Shown piece by piece: positions 28,874 to 39,045 of a DNA stretch of 64,000 bases (its first letter is position 1; every line of letters begins with the position of its first letter). The translations under genes were made by a program, and so were the position numbers. The stretch spans positions 13,942-77,941 of the forward strand of contig CAZNBY010000007.1 in NCBI GenBank assembly GCA_964571525.1, read 5' to 3'. The stretch is from an uncultured Planctomycetota bacterium (lineage in GTDB: Bacteria > Planctomycetota > B143-G9). The notes beneath the pieces are model-generated. The model made no database searches. It was not told where the DNA came from and was given only the letters and a program-made list of their open reading frames with translations.

Positions 28874-30322
28874 GTGTGTATGTCTTCACTGCGAGTAATG
28901 CTTTCGATTTCTACCTTTGTGTTTGTTCTGGCTGCATGCGCTCAAATAGCATTTGCAGAATACGATGACCCCGAATGGCGTGCGCTCGAGAATCGTATTG
29001 ACAGGCTTCTTGCCCAGCTTGAAAAATCGGGCGAAACTGCAACAGGTGCGCTTGATCAGCTTGTTCAAATAGGCGAACCTGCTGTCTATAAGTTAATTGC
29101 AGCTACCGGTCATCAGAACCCAAATAAACGCATGTACGCCGTTACCGCATTGGGGCGAATTGGCGACAAGCGCGCGCTCGACCGCATTCATTTTATGGTA
29201 CAACACGACCAGTATCCGCTTGCCCGTATTGCGGCTGTACGAGCCCTATTCGCGTTTGGTGACAATAGCGCAGGCAAGTTCATAACAACCTATGTTGACC
29301 ACGATACTATCGAAGTCCGTCGTTATGCCATCATCACCTTGGGCGTGATTGGTTTTGTTGAAGCCGTACCTTTGCTGCGCGCAAGGATTACAAAAAACAA
29401 AGACAATCCCGAAGCAAACGCATATCTTGAACGCCACCCAGGCGCACTTTGCGACATAGCGACCTCGTTGAACCGACTCGGTGACGACTCTGGACTGCCT
29501 ATCATCGCAATGCTTTCACGCGAAAGAGAACCAGCAATCCGAGTATTAGCAGTACAGGCTCTGACTCATTTCAAAAGTGAGCTTGCGGTGATCTATCTTG
29601 CTGCTGCTTTGACAGATCCTAACACTTCGATATCCGATATTGCATATAATAACCTGTTCAAGCGTCGCGCAGAGGTTATACCCATCGTTCAGAAGGCGTA
29701 TTTGTCGAAGGATACACCAGAAGAGCTAAAGCAGCTTTTAGCAAAGGCTCTAAAGGAACTTGGCGGAGCAATACCTAAAACTGCTGAGGAGATTGCAGCA
29801 GAGGCAGCTTCGAAAATCGAACAAGGCAAGGCTCCTGAGGATACAAAGGAAGTTGACCGACTTATGGTCGGCTTTCGCAACACAGATGAGAAGGCTCGAA
29901 AGGCCGCGTCTGACGAACTTCTGAAGCTTGGCGCGCGCGCAATTCCCCGATTGATTGAGCTTTTTTCGGAAGAAAGCTCGGAATCCAAGCTTCGAATTAT
30001 AGGAATAATGGCGCTTATCAAAGATAAGCGATGTGTCCCATTTCTGATCGGTCTTCTCGAATACAATGTTCTTCCTGTTCGTTGCCGAGCTGCATGGGCA
30101 TTAGGCGAAATACCTGATTATATGAGCATCCCTGCACTGATAAACGCTCTGACTGACTCGCAGGACAACATGCGCTTCTACACGATAAACTCCCTGCAAA
30201 AACTCACGGGAATGACGAATGGATTTCAACCGCGAGGCACAGAGGAGGAGAGAAAGGCCGCGGTAACGACATGGAAGAACTGGTGGGATGCGAATAAAAA
30301 CACATTCAAACCTCAGGAGTAA
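28874..30322 (+). CDS. Secreted HEAT-repeat (PBS-lyase HEAT-like) protein
   Basis: Signal peptide. Repeated units ...AVxALGxIGDxxAxxxL.... Confidence 0.7.
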   Translation: MCMSSLRVMLSISTFVFVLAACAQIAFAEYDDPEWRALENRIDRLLAQLEKSGETATGALDQLVQIGEPAVYKLIAATGHQNPNKRMYAVTALGRIGDKRALDRIHFMVQHDQYPLARIAAVRALFAFGDNSAGKFITTYVDHDTIEVRRYAIITLGVIGFVEAVPLLRARITKNKDNPEANAYLERHPGALCDIATSLNRLGDDSGLPIIAMLSREREPAIRVLAVQALTHFKSELAVIYLAAALTDPNTSISDIAYNNLFKRRAEVIPIVQKAYLSKDTPEELKQLLAKALKELGGAIPKTAEEIAAEAASKIEQGKAPEDTKEVDRLMVGFRNTDEKARKAASDELLKLGARAIPRLIELFSEESSESKLRIIGIMALIKDKRCVPFLIGLLEYNVLPVRCRAAWALGEIPDYMSIPALINALTDSQDNMRFYTINSLQKLTGMTNGFQPRGTEEERKAAVTTWKNWWDANKNTFKPQE

Positions 30323-30365
30323 CGGGCATATTTGGACAGTTTACAGCAAAAAATAACGAATTTCC

Positions 30366-30393
30366 TTGCTTTAGCAAAATGCATCACTATAAT
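30366..30393 (+). promoter_or_regulatory. Candidate sigma70 promoter TTGCTT-16-TATAAT
   Basis: ttgctt at 30366..30371, tataat at 30388..30393, about 115 nt upstream of ATG 30510. Confidence 0.45.
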
Positions 30394-30509
30394 GCGCAGT
30401 TTAGCGATATCCTGCAAATGCAAAATCCGCCTCAACGGGTTGCGCGCTGTTGTGCTCCCGTCGCGGAAAGTAGCTTTGCGCGGTGTCTAATCTCTTCACG
30501 GGAGGATTT

Positions 30510-31430
30510 ATGTCTCTGCGATATATCGCCTTTGTAGCGGCCTTTTTCGCCGTTTGCTTGTTCGCGTCTTCTGCGTTCGCCCAACCGGAGCAACCGACGG
30601 AGAGCGAGACAGTGCCCGCGGCTTCGACGCAAAAATCGAAAGTTGACCTGTTGAACCCAGAATACAATCCAATTCCGGATCAAGACCTTGAGGTCAAGTT
30701 CAATGTTGGCCTCATTGGGGGCAGCCACATCGGCACACATTATGACACCGGTTTCCGTGGAACAGCAGAAGGCATCTTCTCACTCGACCCCACCATTGGC
30801 CTTTATGGGTTGCTTGGTGCTTCAGTTTCTGGCATCAATGGTCGTACAAGCATCGGCGCTGACATCGGCGTTGGCGTATACGGCTTTAACGGTTTCGATA
30901 CTGGCCTGCTGGTTGACTGGTTCCTTCCCGAGGGAAGTGTGAACCTCTACCAACTTCGCGCCTTCTTCCAGACCGGCGTTTCGCCCACCGACCGCATTGG
31001 CGTTCGCTTCACTATTCCTCTTGGAAAAGACACCTATAACGGCGGCCCCTTCATGGTTGACTGGAACTTCGAGCTTGTTTCTTGGGGCGGTGCCTTCTGG
31101 CAGCATTCTTGGTTTGACGAGCTTGCAACTGAATTTGGTCTCTATTGGGCTGGCGGCGATGTTGACGAGATTATAATGTCGGCCACACTTCTTTACTACT
31201 ACAACGAGCGCATGAATTTCCGTTTCACAACAACCGGCGACTTCTCAGGCGATGACATTGACCTCGGAATTTATCTTGAAGTCAAGGTCGGCCCTGGCTC
31301 AGTGCGCAAGCCTGCTTACGATTATCTGCGTTTCTTCAACGGTGGTGTTGCTTCATACGGACCATGCATACTTAACATCCCATACAACAAATACGCACCT
31401 GCTTGGGATGGTGCAAAGTACTGGGAATAA
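30510..31430 (+). CDS. Secreted hypothetical protein (possible beta-barrel)
   Basis: Start at MSLRYIAFVAAFFAVCLFASSAFA. Gly/aromatic-rich alternating pattern. Terminator follows. Confidence 0.55.
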   Translation: MSLRYIAFVAAFFAVCLFASSAFAQPEQPTESETVPAASTQKSKVDLLNPEYNPIPDQDLEVKFNVGLIGGSHIGTHYDTGFRGTAEGIFSLDPTIGLYGLLGASVSGINGRTSIGADIGVGVYGFNGFDTGLLVDWFLPEGSVNLYQLRAFFQTGVSPTDRIGVRFTIPLGKDTYNGGPFMVDWNFELVSWGGAFWQHSWFDELATEFGLYWAGGDVDEIIMSATLLYYYNERMNFRFTTTGDFSGDDIDLGIYLEVKVGPGSVRKPAYDYLRFFNGGVASYGPCILNIPYNKYAPAWDGAKYWE

Positions 31431-31454
31431 TATCACTTGTACGATAACAGAAAA

Positions 31455-31482
31455 GGCGGGCAATATGACCCGCCTTTTTTTT
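31455..31482 (+). terminator. Rho-independent terminator
   Basis: GGCGGG-caatatga-CCCGCC followed by T8. Confidence 0.55.
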
Positions 31483-31545
31483 GCTTACTCGCCACCTATT
31501 CTCCTTCGATTGTTGTTTTTGTTCGTCAATGCCATCCAGCATAGT

Positions 31546-31576
31546 TAGAAAAAGGCGCGATCAAATGACCGCGCCT
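31546..31576 (-). terminator. Rho-independent terminator for the minus-strand gene
   Basis: AGGCGCG-gtcatttgat-CGCGCCT followed by TTTTTC on the minus strand. Confidence 0.45.
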
Positions 31577-31605
31577 TCTTGTGTCACCGAGCCTTGTTAT
31601 TTCGA

Positions 31606-32967
31606 TTACTTGTCCGAATATTGAACATCTACCTCGGCCGTATACTCCAAATCACCAAAGACCTTTGACGGGTGCTTAATCTGTACTGTTGTCAGACCAC
31701 GAAACTCGGGGAACGAGCACTGGTACTTGTCAAATGTGAATCCCATCTCGAATCCAAACGCGCGGTTGCTGTATCTCTTCCAGATGTGCCTTCCCTTGTT
31801 GACCTGCTTCTTTTTCGAATCGAATATAAGAACCTGAAAATTGTCAACATCCTCTGCGAAACAATTATTCTCAAGGTCGGCGTACATGGGGTTCCCCACA
31901 TATTGCTCGCCGTGCTCGCCAAGAATAACGGGAAACTGAGCCTTAAGCGTCGGATGAACATGGTGGTTCTGTTTCAGCCTGCCGCGTCTTGCTGAATCAG
32001 GATCAGGTTCAAGTTCATATCCACCCATCTCGCTGTACACCTTTGCAAAAAGCTTGTAAGGCCCTCCCCACGGGAAGCTGACAGTCTGTCCCTCGACGAC
32101 CTCAAACTCCGGTCTATCGCCATTGACCATGAATATTCGTTGAGACAGAATGCCGACCTTTAATGTGTACTTACCAACGGGAACTGGTGTTGGTTTCTCA
32201 ACATCAACATTCACAGTGATGCGGTTTCCTTCAACACGCGATTCAAACACAAGCACAGTGGGTGGTGCTACCTTGACCGGAGCCTTTTTAATACCGGCAG
32301 AAGCATCAATCATACCCTTTGCGCCTTTGTATGGCCTTACTTCGAATGTGTTGCCGTGTGGAGAGACCTTGCACTCATAAAGCTCACCCTTCAACACAAT
32401 AAGGCCGGTGTAAGGAGCAGCAGCGGTCATTTTTCCGACACGGATCGAATCCTCATGCAGATCGTTGTATAATCCGTTGGAGTTATCATCGAACACCTCT
32501 AACATTTCGCCTTTTACCTTTCCTCGCCAGCAGCACGAGCGTCTCCAGCGGAAAAGCGGCATGTCAGTCTTGTCCTGCATTTCGATGTTGTATTTATATA
32601 TCCACGCTGAGTACTTCTCTACAGCGCCATCCTCAAATGTGAGGTTAAAATCAGCCTGCATACCAGTGCTTCTTGTTCCTCCGTCGAAGGAACCGTCACC
32701 GTTTAGATCAACCTTGAACTCTCCGTTTGCGTATCCTGCCGCAAAACCAGCGGGATTCTTTATGTTCGGCAGGCTGATGAATGTCGTTATCTTAGGCTCA
32801 ATAAGTCGGTGCGTGGGAAGCTCATCAAATCCAGCCTTGTCAACAACATACGACATCTTGAAGCTCTCCCACTGAGCTTCCTCCTCGCAATGCGCGGCTT
32901 GAATGCAAAAAGCGCAAAGTATAAGCACTAACACGAACAACGGAACTCGACGATTCAGCATGAACAC
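31606..32967 (-). CDS. Secreted hypothetical protein
   Basis: Signal peptide MFMLNRRVPLFVLVLILCAFCIQAAHC. 453 aa with no recognisable catalytic motif. Confidence 0.6.
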   Translation of the reverse strand: MFMLNRRVPLFVLVLILCAFCIQAAHCEEEAQWESFKMSYVVDKAGFDELPTHRLIEPKITTFISLPNIKNPAGFAAGYANGEFKVDLNGDGSFDGGTRSTGMQADFNLTFEDGAVEKYSAWIYKYNIEMQDKTDMPLFRWRRSCCWRGKVKGEMLEVFDDNSNGLYNDLHEDSIRVGKMTAAAPYTGLIVLKGELYECKVSPHGNTFEVRPYKGAKGMIDASAGIKKAPVKVAPPTVLVFESRVEGNRITVNVDVEKPTPVPVGKYTLKVGILSQRIFMVNGDRPEFEVVEGQTVSFPWGGPYKLFAKVYSEMGGYELEPDPDSARRGRLKQNHHVHPTLKAQFPVILGEHGEQYVGNPMYADLENNCFAEDVDNFQVLIFDSKKKQVNKGRHIWKRYSNRAFGFEMGFTFDKYQCSFPEFRGLTTVQIKHPSKVFGDLEYTAEVDVQYSDK

Positions 32968-33185
32968 CCCCGATGATTGACCTAACGCAGCGAATCTCTA
33001 TAATCGTCGCTACATGACTAAAATGCGCCAGACGATGGTTTGACGCAAAACAGACACCTATTTTACGGTTTTGTACGCATGAACAAGAAAGCTAAACCCA
33101 TAAAAGACGCACGCACTCAAACTACTGCAAGGCTGGCGAAGAAGGCAGGGGAAAAGAAGAAGCCTGTTGCTCCATCATTCAGTGT

Positions 33186-34358
33186 GTGGCGAATTTGGCG
33201 CTTCTACCTGTTGTTTCTGTGCCTCTTTCTCATAATAGTACTGAGCATCGCTATCGTTACGGCAAAAACTCTGATTCACTTTGGGTGTCTGTGACGCTGC
33301 GGGGGATAAAGCACCTTTTCTTCCTCGTTTCTCTGTGCTTCTGCGTGTCAATCTCGATTTCATGTTCTGAGCGGGGAAAGCGTGAGCATACTGCTGCACC
33401 GTCTGTTTCCATTGCTGTATCAATGGCTGTTGTCGGTGAAACAGCAAAGCTCATGCTGCGACTTAACTCGCCAAACTGGCACGAGCGCTTTGTTGCCGCT
33501 TTCGAGCTTCGTAACCGCGGAATAGACGAGGGCATCAATGTCTTGCGGGCCGGTCTGTTTGCCAAGGAGTGGTTTGTAAGAACCGATGCTCTACGCTACA
33601 TTGTCGCATGTGAGGCAACCGAACTGCTTTCGGATGTCATACTTGTGCTTTCAGATAAATCCGACTTGGTTCGCGGTGTGGCTGATAGAGCTCTTGCCGC
33701 GCTTGTATGTGTTTATCCATCCCCCGACGATACCGACCGGCAGAAGACATGGCGTAAATGGTACGACGAAAACGCGAATTTCGACAGGATAACTCTGCTT
33801 CGTGAGGCGATGCTGCGGGTAGAAGAGGGATTAGTACATAAAGAAGAGGGAAGAAGGATAGAAGCGTTAATGATATTACGGGGTTTGAGGGTTAAAGATA
33901 AGGATATGAAATATGCCAGCGCGCTGAAGGATACATCTGCCCGAGTCAGCCTTATAGCGTTACAACAGCTATCGGCTGTCTGCGATGATACAAAGCACAA
34001 CGACGCCGTTAGACCACTTTTAGAATCCCAATCCGCAGATCTTCGAATCGCAGCATCACTTTATCTGGCTGAGAGGGGCGGGGGAGAGGAGCTTGCGTGG
34101 AAGCTGCATGAGGCCCTTTTGGTAAAAGGAAGTACCGAACGCGCTCATACACTTCTGCTCAAGATATTCGGCGAAGGCCCCGCATTCGACAAACCTGTTG
34201 CTGAACTTACACCGCAAGAGTACTCTGACGCATGGAAAAGATGGATTATGACCGACGAGATTCTGAAGGGCAAGCGCGATTGGAGTGAGATGCCTGCACC
34301 GTCAAAATCCCCAAAGACGACCATCAAGCCAAATCCCAAGAAGTCAAAGAGCCGTTGA
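33186..34358 (+). CDS. HEAT-repeat protein, possibly a lipoprotein; start uncertain
   Basis: HEAT-like units (WHERFVAAFELRNRG..., LVRGVADRALAAL, ...). Candidate lipobox SISC. A Lys/Pro-rich C-terminal tail. Confidence 0.55.
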   Translation: MANLALLPVVSVPLSHNSTEHRYRYGKNSDSLWVSVTLRGIKHLFFLVSLCFCVSISISCSERGKREHTAAPSVSIAVSMAVVGETAKLMLRLNSPNWHERFVAAFELRNRGIDEGINVLRAGLFAKEWFVRTDALRYIVACEATELLSDVILVLSDKSDLVRGVADRALAALVCVYPSPDDTDRQKTWRKWYDENANFDRITLLREAMLRVEEGLVHKEEGRRIEALMILRGLRVKDKDMKYASALKDTSARVSLIALQQLSAVCDDTKHNDAVRPLLESQSADLRIAASLYLAERGGGEELAWKLHEALLVKGSTERAHTLLLKIFGEGPAFDKPVAELTPQEYSDAWKRWIMTDEILKGKRDWSEMPAPSKSPKTTIKPNPKKSKSR

Positions 34359-34761
34359 GTACTGATTGGGCAGTCCGCCTGTTCGCTAAGAATGCCTTTG
34401 CGATGATTCGTAGATGCAAACCCGTGCATGCGTTTTTGATTGTGCTGAGGATATTCGCGTCGCACTTGTATATTATATGTCTGAATATGATAATAGTAGA
34501 AGGTTTGGATATGGAGATATTCTCGGTAGAACATGCGTAATATATACTGGCAAGAACAGCCTCAATTAATATACTACCGATATTAGGATGAAGATTCATA
34601 CATGACGATAGACTAAAAATTGTTCAGTAAATAGTGCATGTCTCTTTGGCTGGAAAAATAGCTAAATAGTCTTCATGAATATCAGTGATTCGTGATTAAT
34701 CGCTAATGAACTGAATCGAAAATATTGACAAAGTTATATGCCGCATAAAAGACGGCAAAGA

Positions 34762-34795
34762 AGATGGAAAAAGAAAACCCCGCCATGCGGCGGGG
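34762..34795 (-). terminator. Rho-independent terminator for the minus-strand gene 34823..37591
   Basis: CCCCGCC-atg-CGGCGGGG followed on the minus strand by TTTTCTTTTTC. Confidence 0.5.
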
Positions 34796-34822
34796 TATAG
34801 AAATCGGGGAGGATCGTATTAG

Positions 34823-37591
34823 TTAAAAGTCCGCAAGGTCGTATATCGTACGGGGGCGAACAGCCTTTTCGGTTAACTGGTTAATCATTGGCGCATAACC
34901 AGAGGTTTGTATGCGAACTCGCGAGATCATCAACCCGCAGTCGTATGTCCACAACCCGATTCGATTGAAGGGGAGGGGGTCATTGTCGGTGAAGTCGAAT
35001 AAGGTTTGAGTCTTCTTTGTGTCTGTGAACTGAAGAGTAAACCGGTTACCGCGCCTCGTCAGCATATAATGGTGCCAGAAACGATGCGATGCGCTTGCGT
35101 CAATAGCATACCGTGAGATTGTAGTGTCAGAGTTATCCATAAATGGTATCTTTTCAGAGCCTCTCTGAACCCATGAACCTGCATTTGCTCGTTTACCTAT
35201 CTGACCGCCAATGACAAAATTGTAACCCGAAACAAGGTCAGCTGTGTCAGGCACTAACGATATGTTCACATCACGCGCATAGCTGTATTTATCGCCACGG
35301 ATGTTATCCATCTTAAAGCCAAAGTACATCTCGAATGTGAAATCACCCTCAAGCTGCCTGCGCCACCAAAGCATCGCGAGTCTTTCGTTTGGCTTATTTG
35401 GGTTTTTAGGGCTGTCACCCGAAAACCATGACCAGCGTGGGTCACACTGCCAACGGTTCAGAACTTCCCATATCCCGCTGCCGACCTGCCATTCAGAGGG
35501 CGCGGTGTTGAATAGGTACTCGTATGTTGAGTCTGAGTTAACCTCAAGACAGCTTGATTTTGCCGAAAAAGGTGATGAGCCATACCCAACCATCGAAAGT
35601 CCCAATTCTGAAGGGGATATGTAGCTGCGAAAGACCTTTCCGTTTATTATGCAGAGTATGTACCTTTCGCTGCGATATATGCCAAAGGAGCGGATAACGC
35701 TGTCAGATTCGTAAGGTAGATTCCATATCTCCTCGCCTTTGTATGAAAGAGTGGCTGAAAGAACAGCGTTATCTTTAAGGACCGAAAAGACAAACCCTGA
35801 GACAAATGAGTCTGCTTGCTGAGGCAGTGCGACGCTGATCTTGTACTTCGGCAGAGCAATATGACTGTCCTCAAGCGTCATTGTTGCCTCAAGCTTCTTT
35901 GAAAACACACGCTCGTTCACAAAGAAAAATCCCGTCTCAGTTTTGTTGAGATCGCGCTTCCAATGCAACGAATCGTCATTCCAATTCCGCATCGTTGTCT
36001 CGTGCGAAAAGATCTCATTTTTCATCAGCATTATTCTGCCAGGTGCGGTAGAGAAAATACTATTATCGCGAGCTGTGAAGCCATTATCTCCCGCAATTCC
36101 CAACACGAGTTGGCCATTTCGAAGTGGAACGACTTCGCTGAAAGATGAATCGCCAGAGAAAGACACAAACGCGTGACCTTTTTCCACGCGAATCTCGTAA
36201 TCGCAATTGCCCGCTCTAACAGCAGGCTTTGCACCATTGTGGTTGCCAAAGAAGTCACCAGCTGTGGTCAACTTATAGGAAGGTAAGGCCACAACGGTCT
36301 CTCCATCGCTCGAAATCCCCTGCAGAAAGACTCCACCCGATGCGCCCTGTGGCCACGATAGCTTTCCATTTACAATGCTGCCGTCGCCGAGTTTTATGGG
36401 CAGAAATGCAATGCCCATGGATGGTGAGGCAAAAGAGAAAGCACTAAGTGTAACATTTACATCGCCGAATTTATGCCACATTGCCGCCGACTGGGCAAGC
36501 GTGCTATGTGAGGCTCCACCGTTCTGCCCGTTTGCAGCAATAGGCAGAAGTGATGCACTTTCAGAGGGGGTAAGAGATCGTACATCAAGATCGTCAAACT
36601 CGAACAATCCGAAGGGTGATACAATAAGGCCGAACTTGCCAGATGAAATTCGTGGTGAGACGAAGTTGAGCACCTCCCTTTCGCCCAGATAAACTGCCAT
36701 TCTTCCAAAAGCGTGCCTAAGCTCAAGGTCATACCATTGATCAGTGCTTAAAGTCCCCTCAGCGGTTGAGAGAGTCGTTTCTATACCATCAAGAAAGTGT
36801 ATAACGCGCAGTGCAGAATCTTTGTTTGTCGAAAGAAGCACTGCCTTGTAGTTTCTGTCGCTGACATAATCGAAGATAAATCCACCCGCGCCAGCGTTCG
36901 ATTTGGGTCTAAGGCTGACTTCCGCTCGATAGTTGTCCCAGTTCGGAAGAGAAAGCACAGAAGAGGCAACTTGATCCTTTGCCTCGCCTGAGAGCCTAAA
37001 AGCGTTTGCACTGCGCGATGGGTTTGGAAGCGAGACAATCTTCCAAGTACCGCTTATATTGTTCCAGTCGCCGTCGTCGTTTGTCAAGCGCATAAAGCTG
37101 TCGGCGAAAAACACTGCGCTAAGCGGTCTGAAGCTTATCTGGGCACCGGTCGAATTCAGCCATGACCACACCGGCGGCAGGTTCTCATTGCTTATGTACA
37201 GACCCGATACTCCGTATGTGGAAGCGACGGCGCACAACGCTCCGCGTATCATCACGACTATCTCATCACTTGTAATGCTGAAAGATGAGAGGTAGTTCTT
37301 GCGTCCTCCTACCACTGAGCTAAGCTCGTAGCCTTCTTTGTCTTTACAAATCATCATAAAATTGCTTGCATCTGTAACTGCAAAACAGAAGTTGCCCCCA
37401 CTGTCAATAAGCGTGGCGGGGATACCAAGATTGTAGTTGATAACGGCGTCGCCAGCGTACATTGTGCCGGTTATCGCGATGGGTTGAAATGATGTCGCGG
37501 TTAGTCGCTTGATCTCTGCGGCCCTTGAATAATACGATAATGCCACGGCCAATACTAAACCGAGAAGCACGCCAATGATGAACTTCTTCAT
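34823..37591 (-). CDS. Large secreted hypothetical protein (922 aa)
   Basis: Signal peptide MKKFIIGVLLGLVLAVALS. Long open frame with normal GC. No motif I can assign. Confidence 0.65.
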   Translation of the reverse strand: MKKFIIGVLLGLVLAVALSYYSRAAEIKRLTATSFQPIAITGTMYAGDAVINYNLGIPATLIDSGGNFCFAVTDASNFMMICKDKEGYELSSVVGGRKNYLSSFSITSDEIVVMIRGALCAVASTYGVSGLYISNENLPPVWSWLNSTGAQISFRPLSAVFFADSFMRLTNDDGDWNNISGTWKIVSLPNPSRSANAFRLSGEAKDQVASSVLSLPNWDNYRAEVSLRPKSNAGAGGFIFDYVSDRNYKAVLLSTNKDSALRVIHFLDGIETTLSTAEGTLSTDQWYDLELRHAFGRMAVYLGEREVLNFVSPRISSGKFGLIVSPFGLFEFDDLDVRSLTPSESASLLPIAANGQNGGASHSTLAQSAAMWHKFGDVNVTLSAFSFASPSMGIAFLPIKLGDGSIVNGKLSWPQGASGGVFLQGISSDGETVVALPSYKLTTAGDFFGNHNGAKPAVRAGNCDYEIRVEKGHAFVSFSGDSSFSEVVPLRNGQLVLGIAGDNGFTARDNSIFSTAPGRIMLMKNEIFSHETTMRNWNDDSLHWKRDLNKTETGFFFVNERVFSKKLEATMTLEDSHIALPKYKISVALPQQADSFVSGFVFSVLKDNAVLSATLSYKGEEIWNLPYESDSVIRSFGIYRSERYILCIINGKVFRSYISPSELGLSMVGYGSSPFSAKSSCLEVNSDSTYEYLFNTAPSEWQVGSGIWEVLNRWQCDPRWSWFSGDSPKNPNKPNERLAMLWWRRQLEGDFTFEMYFGFKMDNIRGDKYSYARDVNISLVPDTADLVSGYNFVIGGQIGKRANAGSWVQRGSEKIPFMDNSDTTISRYAIDASASHRFWHHYMLTRRGNRFTLQFTDTKKTQTLFDFTDNDPLPFNRIGLWTYDCGLMISRVRIQTSGYAPMINQLTEKAVRPRTIYDLADF

Positions 37592-37604
37592 GCTTCGATT
37601 CCCC

Positions 37605-38144
37605 TCAACTAATCGCTTCGGGCATTAGATGCCGAAGCAAGTATTCTGCAAGCTCTTCTATGAGACGCTTGTTGTCAATCGGAGTCTCCACAAAATCCCT
37701 AAGAGAGCAAATTTGCCGATCAATATCGAGTGATTCAGGCGAAAGATTCGTATTGATCCCGATTCCAATAACCATTCTGCCGCCGACTTCCTCAATAAGT
37801 ATTCCGCCAAGCTTGCGTCCGTTTGTCATAAGGTCATTGGGTGGTTTGATTTTTACAGGAATACCGTGTTCAGCACTCAACCATTCAGCAACGAGTTCTG
37901 CTGTACGAACAGACAGCTTTCCCGAGTCAGCGATACCCCAGTCTGCGGTTTTCTCTATCAGAACCGAAAACAATGCGGAACCGTCGGGTGGCGATAGCCA
38001 CTTGTTATCACCCCGTCCCCGACCGGCAGTCTGAAAGGCCGCGCTTACTACCGTACCTACCTCTAACGACAGAGCATGCTGGCGAAGATATGTGTTCGTC
38101 GAATCAAGACGATAAAAATGATAAAAAGTTGGTTTCATCGCCAT
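37605..38144 (-). CDS. birA: Biotin--[acetyl-CoA-carboxylase] ligase, catalytic-domain-only form
   Basis: GRGRGDNKW (BirA GRGRRGR.W motif). 179 aa. Start overlaps the nadC stop. Confidence 0.75.
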   Translation of the reverse strand: MAMKPTFYHFYRLDSTNTYLRQHALSLEVGTVVSAAFQTAGRGRGDNKWLSPPDGSALFSVLIEKTADWGIADSGKLSVRTAELVAEWLSAEHGIPVKIKPPNDLMTNGRKLGGILIEEVGGRMVIGIGINTNLSPESLDIDRQICSLRDFVETPIDNKRLIEELAEYLLRHLMPEAIS

Positions 38145-39019
38145 TAAAGGTCAAAATCAAGGCCGATGTCAACAATTACGGGATTGTAGGTCAATGACCC
38201 AGCGGATATTCTATCAACGCCTGTCTTCGCAATCTCGCCGACTGTCGCTTCTGTTACACCCCCTGAGGCCTCTAATAGCACTCTTTTGCCACAAAGAGAC
38301 TCATGTTTGTCACGAAGTGCGCAGGCTGTGATCATCTCAGGAATTCGAAAGTTGTCTAAAAGTACGATGTCGGGGTTTGCGGGTAGCAATTCGACAAATT
38401 GATCTATCGAGTCAACTTCGATCTCGATTGTCATACTATTGCCATATCGCTCTCTTGCCTTTAAGACCAGTGCATTGAAGTCGTCACCACCCGACCCTAA
38501 GAGCGTAAGATGGTTGTCCTTCGCAAGCACCATGTCATACAAACCCATGCGATGGTTGTGACCACCGCCAATACGAACGGCGTACTTTTCAAGAACCCGC
38601 AGAAGTGGAGTGGTCTTGCGTGTATCGAGAATCTGCGCTTTGCCACAGGATGCCTCGACGAAAATCCGAGTGCGAGCCGCAATTCCGCAAAGTCTGCTAT
38701 AGAGATTAAGCGCGGTGCGTTCGACCTGCAAAATCGAGCTTGCGCGACCGGTAACTCGAATTAGCTCGCTACCACCTTCAAAACGCGTACCCTCGTCAAG
38801 CAGCATTGAAGATTGGACATTGGTATCGTGTAAGGTAAAAAGCTCACATACAAAGGGAAACCCACATGTGACACCGGCGGATCTGGCGCGAAATGTTGCT
38901 GACACGACCCTCTCAGCGTTGAAAAGCGCTGTTGTTACATCGCCACTCCCGATATCCTCAGCGAGCATGGCCTGCAAAGTCGCACGAACGCGATCTGAAA
39001 TGACCTCGATATTTGTCAT
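38144..39019 (-). CDS. nadC: Nicotinate-nucleotide diphosphorylase (quinolinate phosphoribosyltransferase)
   Basis: LDTRKTTPLLRVLEKYAVRIGGGHNHRMGLYDMVLAKDNH is a NadC signature. Confidence 0.85.
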   Translation of the reverse strand: MTNIEVISDRVRATLQAMLAEDIGSGDVTTALFNAERVVSATFRARSAGVTCGFPFVCELFTLHDTNVQSSMLLDEGTRFEGGSELIRVTGRASSILQVERTALNLYSRLCGIAARTRIFVEASCGKAQILDTRKTTPLLRVLEKYAVRIGGGHNHRMGLYDMVLAKDNHLTLLGSGGDDFNALVLKARERYGNSMTIEIEVDSIDQFVELLPANPDIVLLDNFRIPEMITACALRDKHESLCGKRVLLEASGGVTEATVGEIAKTGVDRISAGSLTYNPVIVDIGLDFDL

Positions 39020-39045
39020 GGATATGCCCTTAATTCACAGATATT

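Noticed and set aside
33040-33294. 84-aa ORF upstream of or overlapping the third HEAT gene
   Set aside because: Lys-rich, low-complexity, out of frame with the HEAT ORF and without RBS. More likely part of the 5' region of 33186..34358, whose true start is uncertain.
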